Origin: Cycas panzhihuaensis
Taxonomy: Eukaryota; Plantae; Cycadophyta
Direction of reading: 5' to 3'
Length of the DNA stretch: 64,000 bases
Assembly (NCBI GenBank): GCA_023213395.1
Contig: CM041465.1
Location: forward strand, 198,779,741 to 198,843,740
This document shows, in pieces, positions 14,373 through 25,100 of this stretch (positions are counted from its first letter, which is position 1; the number at the start of each line of letters is the position of its first letter). The position numbers and the translations under genes are program-made. The notes under the pieces were generated by a model. The model did no database searches, had not been told where the DNA came from, and saw nothing but the letters and a program-made list of their open reading frames with translations.

Positions 14373-14499
14373 CCAATCAAATGGGGGCACTTGGAGCTCT
14401 GGCAAAGTTCGTCAGGCTGCAGATGCACTTTTCTCTACGTATTGAAATCTTTTACGTGGTGCAAATCCAGTGGCCACTCGACTGTATTTTACAGACGTG
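14373..14499 (+). promoter_or_regulatory. Proximal upstream region with CCAAT and ACGT-core motifs
   Basis: GACCAATCA (CCAAT at 14373-14377), TACGTA, ACGTGG (14454-14459) and ACGTG (14495-14499) within a CpG-retaining island before the SWEET ATG. Motif matches only. Confidence 0.3.
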
Positions 14500-14592
14500 A
14501 AATTTCCATTCACAAACAATCACAACCGAGGTTCTGAAAATGTCTTCAATTCCGGGCGTTGGACTCAAGCGGCACATCCTAGAATTTGTTTG

Positions 14593-16053
14593 ATGGCGAA
14601 TTTTAGCTTCATTCTTGGAGTTACCGGTAAGATAATACCCCTTCCTTGAACGCGCAATTTATAAGCTTCAGTAATTATTCTATTGAACCGTCGCAGTTTA
14701 TCAAATTTGTCCTCGGGGCATTAAAATGATTCGTACTATAAATATTTATCGTCTGATTCTGCTCCAGGAAACGTGCTATCGCTGTTGGTTTTCTTCTCGC
14801 CAACGTAAGTTCACGTACTAATTGCGATGAGTTAGCGCTCTGAAATCATTGTGCCTGTGGTTTGGGATATTCCATTTAGATTTGTAACGCGTTGCGTTGA
14901 AGATTTCGGTTGACAGGAAAACATTCTGGCGGATAGTGAAAAACAAATCGACGGAGAATTTCAAAGTGTTACCTTACGTCTGTACGCTGCTAAGCACTTC
15001 CCTTTGGACATATTATGGATTACTCAAGCCCGGCGGGTTGCTGATAGTTACGGTTAATGGGGCAGGTGCTGCAATGGAGGCGATCTTCGTGACTCTGTAT
15101 CTTATATATGCTCCCAGAGAACGCAAGGCAAGTAATAGTTGATAAGATAGAATTAATTAAATAATTATTTTCATTGCATATAGAGAGGCCCTTGTACCGA
15201 ATCATTGTGTTTGCACGTATTTAATTCCGCGTGTTAAAGAAAGCGAGTCAGAATTAAAATATAAATTGTGAGGAGTTCTTATTTGTATTGCAGGTGAAAA
15301 CCGCTCGCTTAGTGCTGCTTCTGAATGTAACATTTTTTGGGGGTGTGTTTTTGGTCACATTTCTGGCATTTCATCATAAGCTGCGGATAAATGCAGTGGG
15401 TGCCCTATGCTGTGGGTTCACCTTAGGAATGTATGCATCCCCCATGTCCGCCATGGTAGGTTTACGTTTACATTCAACGTCCATTTATATGTAAATACGT
15501 ATTGATTTCTTATTTATTCTTGAATATGGCGAATGAAAGAGAACCGTCATCCTAACAAAGAGCGTGGAGTTCATGCCATTTTTTCTGTCATTTTTCCTGT
15601 TTTTGAATGGAGGAGTTTGGACAGCATATGCAGTATTTGTCCGGGACATGTACATTGGGGTTAGTAATATACCGCTTATTTTTTTTCTGATTTACGATTG
15701 TGCAATCTAGAAATTGTTTCATATGCATGTTCTTTAAAAACTCGATTGAAGTGTGAACCGAGTGCTGTTGGGAATAAAAATTCCTGCAGATCCCAAATGG
15801 AATCGGGTTCGTGCTGGGAGCTGCACAGCTAATTCTGTACGTGAAGTATTATAAAAAGAGAGAGCCCAAGTTTGGAGAAGGGGAAGCAGACGATGAGAAG
15901 AAAGCAGGCTCCGTGGACGTGGAGATGGCAGCTCCTGAAGAAATTGGCAACAAGAAGTGCATCAATAATGGTCTGCAAAACGGATGGAAACATTCACTGG
16001 TAAAAGAGCATGGCCATTGTAATAACCGTCTCCCAGATTGGAGACCGAATTAG
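14593..16053 (+). CDS. SWEET16: Bidirectional sugar transporter, clade IV SWEET16/17-like (MtN3/saliva), copy 1, 275 aa
   Basis: Exons 14593-14626, 14768-14804, 14917-15127, 15294-15455, 15540-15659, 15790-16053 (34/37/211/162/120/264 nt, typical SWEET structure; intron 3 is GC-AG). Protein [74 protein letters not shown]...[36 protein letters not shown]...[17 protein letters not shown] has two MtN3 repeats with clade IV motifs. Confidence 0.95.
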
Positions 16054-17526
16054 CAGAGGATGGAGGAGAATGTTGGAGTAGATAAATAACATGGGAGACT
16101 CCTCCGACTCCTCCTGCACCTTCCTGCAAATGATTATGTTGTGAGAATCTATGATAATAAACAAATTAAGCACGCTACGCTCTGGTGGGGAACGTGAATC
16201 TAAAGTTCTTGTTGAGAGGATAAATCACAATTTGTAATACAACGATAACACTCTAAAAGCATCACAGTCGTAATTAGAAAAGTTTGGGAAAGTTTGTTCC
16301 ATGGAAGGGGATGGTGGAGTGGCCCTTACTGTCGAAATTATTTATGTGAGGAAGCTCAACAATCCTTTGTAAATTTGCTAAGTTTTGAAAATGTTTTTGT
16401 ATTTTTTCTAATTTAATGATATCTAAATTACATTATAAAAATATAGTACAATTTAAAAGGGTCTTTGAAAAAAAGTCTTAATGCATCTAAAACTACTAGA
16501 AGTAGGTGTAATAAAACTAAGCACAATAACTTACTCAAGAAACATGCGAGGAGTGACCTCTACCCACAAACCCATTGTAGGAATGCTCTAGTTAGAGCTA
16601 AGAGTGAAAAAGATAGCCAATCATTCTATTTCTTGTTTTTTACTAGTTGATAAGGTATTGAAACCTGGGTCAATGATATCATTGGGCTCTTTTCTATGAA
16701 GATTGGCAAAGGGATAAGGTCCAGTTTAAATAGCTTGTGACCTAAAACATTCTCTCAAGTTGAGAGTTTCTATTAATGAATAGGGTTAAAGGTTGTCCTA
16801 TTAGAAATAACAATTCAACTTCCCATGAAATTGGAGTGATGGCATGGAGATTATAGAAATGGCTACATTTCCCATCTTATAGTGGAACATCTAGTGATGT
16901 GAGAGCATTTGAAAAATACTAATATGAATGATCAATTTATTGTGGCCATAACTTTTAATTTGGCTGTCTATTTGAGTCTATTTTTTCTTTTTTAAATACT
17001 CATCTTCAAAAATTGAACATTATCATTAAAGGAAGTGACTACTTAATGACTAATTGTCAAAATTTTTAGGTCTCAACAACATTATAAAATGGCCCAAAAT
17101 TGCATTTTAAAATTATTTCTTACTTATATAAAAATTAATGAGTGTTATTTTTTTAGTAAGGTGATTAATTATATGTAAGTTATGATTTTGGGGTTTGTTA
17201 TATGATTAAGTATTCATACCACGCTTTTGAACAAATTAACTTTTTTAAAAAAATTATTAAACCGATACTAGTTAGGAAGTTATAAAACATAAATTTTTAA
17301 ATTGAGAGCCTTTTCACTTCAAATTAGAGGAGTAATTTTAGGAGTTAATTGTTAAAATTTTTACACGGCTAGAAATCTTGTATTTGTATATTTTAGATTA
17401 TAAACAAATGAGCTTTTTCAATTTGGGAAAGGAAAATCAAAAGTTTCATGGTGTCGCTTTCATGTTAATTGGCTTTGTTTTACTTTGAACTTCTTATTTC
17501 CTACCTACTTGATTTGAGGATCCACC

Positions 17527-19112
17527 ACTCTATCATTTAACCCTACCTCTACAAAGTAAAGTAATAGACTTAAATGCTCTTATGATGTTATCCATATTGA
17601 GAAATGATTATATATTGGTGAATAGTTACTTTAACATATCTAGAGCCAATGCATTTACTCTTAAACTAACCTTTAACTATAATACAAAAGAAGGCAAGAA
17701 GCCAAAGAAAAGATTAGCGAGAGAAGGAAATTTATTTTTAAAAACATAAGTTCATAGAGATTTTATATACTGACTTATCTCTCACGAACATGAAATAGTA
17801 ATAAAATGGCTTACTCTAATAGTAATTTGTAATGTTTTTTAAGACTAATTGAGCTTATAAAACATATGCAATTGAGCCATATGATTAATGAGCAATATAG
17901 CATACTAACAATATGAAGGGAAATATCATGTGTGCTTTCTATGTGAAATAAAAAAGTCTTTAATAATTCTTACAATAGTATCTATGCATGTTATGACTTT
18001 TAGAAGAGCAATTATTTATTATTTGATTTTTTATTATGTAATAACATAAAAGAAAGGGATGTAAGATGGAATAAAAGCATTTATCTTTTAATGTAAAAAA
18101 TATAGATTACTAAAATGGATTTACCACCTAAGGAACTAGAAATTATTGTTAAGAATATGTCCATATGCTAAGGCATATAAAATGAACTTAAAAGAATAGT
18201 TTGATAGCTTTAAACATTGACCAGAGGTCATAACACACAAGCTAGAAACCCATCAAACATTGCCCTAATAATGTAATAAGCTCTAAATAATTAATATTTA
18301 ATTAATTGGGAGAAGTCAACTCTATCATTTAAACATACCTTTATCAAGCAAAGTAATAGACTTGAATGATCTTATAATGTTATCCATATTGAGAAATGAT
18401 TTTATATTGGTAAATAGTTACCTTAACATATTTAAATCCAACACGTTTACTCTTAAACTAGCCTTTAACTATAGTACAAAAGAAGGCAATAAGCCAAAGG
18501 AAAAATTAGCAAGAGAAGAAGATTCATTTAGGAAAAGATAAGTTCATAGAGATTTTATATAATGACTTGTCTTACATAAACATAAAATAGTAACCCAATG
18601 GCTTACTCTAACAGTAATTTGTAATGTTCTTTAAGACTAGTTGAGCTTATGAAACATATGCAATTGAGCCATATGACTGATGAGCAATATGACATGCTAA
18701 TAATATGAAGGTCAATATCATGTGTGCTTTCTAAGTGAAATTAAAAACTCTCTAATAATTCTTACAATAATATCTATGCACATTACATCTTATAAAAGAG
18801 CAATTACTTATCATTTTTTTTTTTATTATGTAAGAATGTAAAAGAAAGGGATGTAAAATGGAATAAACACATTTGTCTTTTAATGGAAAAAATATAGACT
18901 ACTCAAAAGGGATTTGCCACTCAACAAACTAGAAATTATCCTTGAGAATTTGACCCTATGTTAAGGCACATAAAATGAACTTAGAAGAATAGTTTAATGG
19001 CTTTAAGCTTTGATTTATAGGTTGTAACACACAAGCTAGAAACCTATAGAACATCACCCTAATAATGTAATAAGCTCCAAATAATTAATATTTAATTAAT
19101 TGGGAGAAGTCA
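17527..19112 (+). repeat. Direct tandem repeat, 2 x ~793 bp, probably derived from a decayed copia RT/RNase H 3' end
   Basis: Units 17527-18318 and 18319-19112 both start ACTCTATCATTTAA and end TTAATTAATTGGGAGAAGTCA. Faint RNase H-like remnants (FYYVR...) and a PPT-like GGGAGAAG. Also present in copy 2. Confidence 0.85.
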
Positions 19113-19134
19113 ACTCTATAATTTATACACACAC

Positions 19135-22100
19135 TATTAAGTAACCTCCTAAGGTTAGTGGCACATAAACATCTAACCGCATGGTTAAGGTGGATGTTGT
19201 TAATGTTAATTACTAATTTGTATGTGTGGGCCATATATGTCTACAATGAGATTAAAAGCCACATGGTTCACTAATAAGTTTTTAGAATAAGCGGTCACTT
19301 TTGTCTACTTATGGCCAAACATTTATAAAGAGATCTCTTATAATATAATCTTGTCTTGTTAGATTGTACTGATATATATATTATCTATGGGTGTTTTCTA
19401 ATCTTCACTACACTTTTCTCTTATACTTTTTATGTAATATAAGCTAATGAAGTGTTAATAAAGATATATTATGCTCTCTTTCTTTCATAAGCTTTTATTG
19501 GTATAAAATTACTAGTCAAATTGATCAAGTGGTAATAGAGTAAGGTGTAGAGATCCGTGGGAGTATTTGGAAGTTGTAGAAATGGATTTTTTTTCCTTGG
19601 TGATTTTGAAACCTTTCCTTACAAGTAAATTTCATTTTGAAATTTTATTCAATTCCAAGACTGTGTTACTAACTATAAGTGGGCAAGATAGCCCAAATCC
19701 TTATTCTTAGTTTCCCTTTCCTTAGAGTTTAGGTATAGACCCTATGCTATTAAAGGAGATGTCTACTGCTTTCGATAATGTTCAAGACTTATAAACACCC
19801 ATAAGACATTCAATCAATGAATATATGAAATAATTGAATTCCTCATAAATGCTCTAAAATATAACGTGCATTAACTCATAATATCAAAGTACATTGCATG
19901 ATAAAAGATTATATAGAAGAAAGCCTTCCATAAAGAACTAAAGAGGTTGTTACAAAGAATACTGAGAATGTTAAATATAAGATCATGCAAGGTGATAGTC
20001 AGCACCTTGCATGATTAAATCAACTTTATAATAATTAAATACTAAGAGCAAATAAACCCCCACATATCTAGGTTCACAACATTAAGTTGTGACTTAACCC
20101 TTTTATGATAAAGAAGCCCTTAATACAAATTATGTACAAATATTACATCAATATAATATAATGGATTCTTGATGAATTAATGAAGCCTATCATTAATTCT
20201 TCTATTACCCTCCCTTAATGATGAGTTCATTCATTTTGAGGCTAAGGCCACGCCGAAAACTTCTGAATTTATCGCAAGAGCATACCTTTATAAAGATATT
20301 TGTAATCTGATCATTGGTATGCTTATAAATCAAATCTATCTCACCATTCTATATATGCTCGTTAATGAAGTGATGATGAAACTCGATGTGTTTAATTTTA
20401 GCATGGAACACATGATTCTCAATAATTTAAGAACACTTTGATTATCATAAAATAATGATGTAGCTTATGTTTGGCTAATTCTAAGCTTTTTAAGAATCCT
20501 CCTAAGCTAGATAGCATCAATAATTGCACTAACAATGACTTTATACTCAATTTCGCTTGAAGATAGAGTGACATTAGACTACTTTTGTAATGTCATGAAA
20601 CCAAAGTAACCCAAAGTTAAAATAGTAGCATAAGGTTGATTACCAACTATCTTTGCATCTAGCCTAATCTGCATCGTCACCTATCAATAAAAGATTTTCC
20701 ACATGACAGTAATCAAGTCTACACTAAAGAGTACCTCAAAGATATCTAAGAATCCTCATTACTACTTTCTAATATGAAATCTTGGGTTGTCTCATGAACC
20801 TAAAATAGATTCCAATGGCATAGGTAATATCAGGTTGAATATGAGTAAGGTAAATTAATTTTCTCACAAGTTGCTTATACAATATAGGATCCATAGGTTT
20901 TTCACACTCATCAATGGCTAATTTTAGACTTGACTCCATACGAGTTGGTAATTACTTACATTCATCCACCCTAAATTTTTAAAGAATTTCCTTTCTATAT
21001 TTTGACTGTGAATGGATAAAAATGGCCTGACTCTTACTAAACTTCCATGCTAAGAAAATAATAAAGCAACTCGAGGCCACTCATCTCAAATTTATTATTC
21101 AAATCTCCTTAGAGATGTATAATCCACTTTGTGTAATTATCAATTATTAACAAATCATCAATATAAAGTTAACCAAAGTGATCAAACCATTATGGATTCT
21201 AATATACAGATTTAGATTTGAAGATGAGCAAATGAGTCCATGCTTTTGAAAGTATTCATCAATCTTTATATACCAAGCATGATGTGATTATTTAAGGCCA
21301 TACAACACCTTTTTTAATTTGTAGACTAGGTGTTCTTTTCTATGAACAATAAATCTAGGAGGTTGATTTATGTATATTTCCTCTTGCAAGTCACTATTTA
21401 AGAAGGTACTTTTTGCATTCATATGGTAAACAAACCAATTGAAATAAGTTTGAAGTACCAAAACAAGCCTTACAATGGTCATGTTGGCAATTGGTGCAAA
21501 TGTGTCATCATAATCAATACCTTTAACCCATTTGAAACCTTTGGCAATCAAACATACTTTATGTCATTAAATAGAAACATTTATATGAAGTTTTATTTTA
21601 TAAATATATCTATAATTAATTTGTTTTTTTCTCTTCAAGTAACTCAACAAGTGCTTAAGTATCATTTTGTATGATAGAATCCATTTCTTTAGTTATTATT
21701 GTTTGCCATTTTAGATCTCTAATAAATTCTCAAAAGTAGATGATTCAGAGATAATAACATTTCTTCCATTAAGGTAAAGGATGACTTATATTTTGATTAT
21801 CTCTTTGCTTGTTATGATGGTAAAGGAGCATAAGAGATTATCTCGCATGTATCATTTGGTCAATTGATTTGAAGTAGCCTCATCTTCAATATCCTTTAAA
21901 GGATTGATAGTGTAGATATAGATGTAGAGGCAAGTGGTGTAGATGATGTACCAAAATTTTATGTTAATGTAGAAGGCATATGTTCTACAAGAATATTTTG
22001 TGAAGTAAGAGGATCAATAATTTTATTGATTTCTCACAATGAAGGAATTTTATTGGCTTTCTTGATTCAAGTTTAATGCCATGCTTAAATTCCTTGAATT

Positions 22101-25100
22101 TAGTAAAGAGTTTTGATTTCTACTTTAGGAAAGATACCCAAACATTTCTAACATAGTCATTAATAAATGTGATAAAATGACAACAACCTCCAAAGAATAC
22201 TTTAGGTATGAGCCCATAAATGTTTTAATATACTAGACCTAAAGGTTCCTTTACATATTAGGCTCTTCCATCTCACCTAAAAGGAGCCTAATGATGTTTT
22301 CCCATAACACATGCCTCACAAATACATTTAGTCTACTTTATATTTGGTATACCATGCACCATATTTAATTTATAAAGCAGATAAAGAGTGTTTATATTCA
22401 AGTAATCTAGGCATTGATGCCATAATTAGTCTTTTAGAATTTAAGGAGAAACATATGACTTTGAAGTAAATTGATTATTAAAATATGATGTTGAAGTAGA
22501 AGGATCAAAAGTGCAAGCTAAATTACTACAAGAACTAAATTCATGTGACTGGATCAATGGTCTAGTTATAACATTAAGATTGTATAGTCCTTAATCTTCA
22601 TATCCTAAGGCAATTAAGTTACCATTCAAATCTATAATCGTGCATTTTCTAAAATGGCTAAACAAAACATCAAAGTTTTATTTATTTATCTAGTTAATTA
22701 ATAGTAGGTTATGTGTCATTTAGTAAGATGATGTGGAGTATTTGAACTCTTTAATGAGATAAGGACATTACTAATCTTGGTAACTTCTAGAGTTCTATCT
22801 TCTCCAAAATTGGTATATTAATCCTAAATTGGTCTTATATTAGTGAGTTCTTCTAAACCAATCACATATCAGGAGGCACTTGAATCGATCAACTAGGAAT
22901 GAGTTAATAAAGCAGTGAAGAAATGATTTTAAGAGTTGGCCATGTGGCCTCCTTGATTATGTCTCTAGTTACAATTCCTATTTTTTTGGTTGCTCTAAGG
23001 AGCATTCTAATTTTATCTCCTTAGTCTTTGGTAATTTGGATGATTTTGCCTCTATGGCCCCTGATAATTTTTACATCCATAATTTTAATTACCCTGCATA
23101 GTGGGGTGATTTTGAAACTATTATTGTTAAAGGTCAACTCTATTTTTCTTCAACAAAAGTTATATGTCTAAATTTACCACAATAGTGATAAACAATCTAA
23201 GGAATATAAGGTGGTTGAGGCTGACATGACTAATATAACTATTGATTAGTCTATTGTTTCAAATTCATCGACCAAATTGATTTATTAAATATGGATGTTA
23301 TGGTCTTCCTCTATGCTAGGTTATAAATGTTGGTGTGGAAGAGGAAGCACCTATATTCCCCGAATAATTTAAAATGTATTCTTTTAAGAGTAGTAGACCC
23401 TCAAATGTGCTAAAATCAATACTATCAAGTCAATCTTTTAAAGTAAAAGATTAAAGTTCATGTTTTAAGTAGTAGAAACTTTAAAAAGCCCTAAAAAACT
23501 AAAAATTTACCAAAAATAGATTTAAAACATTCCTTAAAAGGCTTTGAAAATGATTAAAATTTGATTAAAAAATAAGTTTAAGTAATCTAAATATGTGACG
23601 AATATACTAATTTGAATAACCTAAAGTTTTTAACTTTATAAATAAAATAAAATAAATAATGGCATTTTGAAAAGACGATAACAAAGTTTAGATACTAGCA
23701 ACTAATTCTTTCTACATAAGCTATGAAATCTCATTTTGTTTTCTCTATTATAAAGAGGACATTTCCAAGGTCAGAATGAGTGGCCATATGGTATAGTTTC
23801 AGTAATCCAATAGTTAGGAAAAAGCATATAAAATCAATAATTATGTCTAAATCTATAATATGAAGTAGATCAATCAAATTTAAGTGTTAACAAACTTTGT
23901 TTGCATATGTATTACCTCTAAATCTTCTACACCAAGCTTTAATCATCAAACAACCATAAAAAAAGATAAGATTATAGTCCACCACATAAAATATAGCCCA
24001 TAGAAATCATTGTTATATAGATGACAATGTTGTGGAGATCTAGAGAAGAGCACTAGAGATTAAATGAGGCAAGAGCTATAAAATTAACAAGCCATCAATG
24101 ACACATCTTATGTAGAGGAACACAGAGGCCATACAAGGAGAGAATAGTTGATCACAGAGGACCATAAACAATAAATGATAGCCATGTAGAGACAAATAAT
24201 GTAAGCCAATAGATGTAGAGATGCCAAAAACACATAGGGATGTGAGGATGTTTCACAATGATCATCGTGATGGTAGCTATGCAAACAATAGCCATGCTAG
24301 CAAGAGAAGTAAGCCCAAACAAAGACATAGATGGGAGTCACAAATGGTAGTCTTGCACGTAATCCCTCATGCGTATGGAAGCTAAGTATAAGATTTAGAG
24401 AGAATTACAACTTACACAAAGGTAAGTATAAACCACTAAAGCCAAGAGATGAATTGAGGTTGCCACCTATTCAACAATCATAATACATCTTAAACATAGC
24501 CAATAAATCATATCATAAAGTGTACCTTTTGATATATAGATCAGGTCCTTATATACAACCAAGAGATCATCCATTCAAGCTATAAAGCATTTCAATATTT
24601 ATTCAATGATGTAAAAATTAACGATGAGATTTTACAAAGGATAACTCTTTAATATAAAATCCATTTAATTTGATTAACAAATCAAAAAAGCTAGAGGCAT
24701 ATCCATTTTCTCTAATTCAATTGAGACAATGAAGGTGGTAGTTGACATTAGTTACTACACAAAGGGAGGTTGAGTAAATAGATCGGAAATTGGCTAGAAA
24801 CTTGGCTCGCTTACTAAGTGAAAGGAGAGAGGTCTACCTAGTTTTAGCCTAGGTTCAACACTCATGAATACCCATAAAACATTCAATCAATAAATACATA
24901 AAGTAACTAAATTCCTTACAAATGCTCCAAAGCATAACTTGCATTAACTCATAATATAAAAGTACATTATATGATAAAAGATTACATAGAAGAAAGCCTT
25001 GTATAAATAACAAAATAGATTGTTACAATACATATTGAGAATATTAAATGTAATATTATGAAAGTGATAGTTGGCACCTTGTATAATTAAATCAACTTTA

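Larger units (their letters stand above)
1708..22510 (+). repeat. Tandem segmental duplication, copy 1 (paralogous to 42819-64000)
   Basis: Colinear similarity throughout: TCATTTTTCATCATTATATA at 1708 and 42819; same gypsy, copia, SWEET gene and 790-bp tandem in the same order; TTGAAGTAGAAGGAT at ~22490 and ~63980. True ends are hidden by the N gap and the window edge. Confidence 0.95.

Noticed and set aside
15020-15205. Antisense ORFs over SWEET exons (also 55714-55929, 56696-56989)
   Set aside because: Shadow ORFs of coding exons with no independent support.
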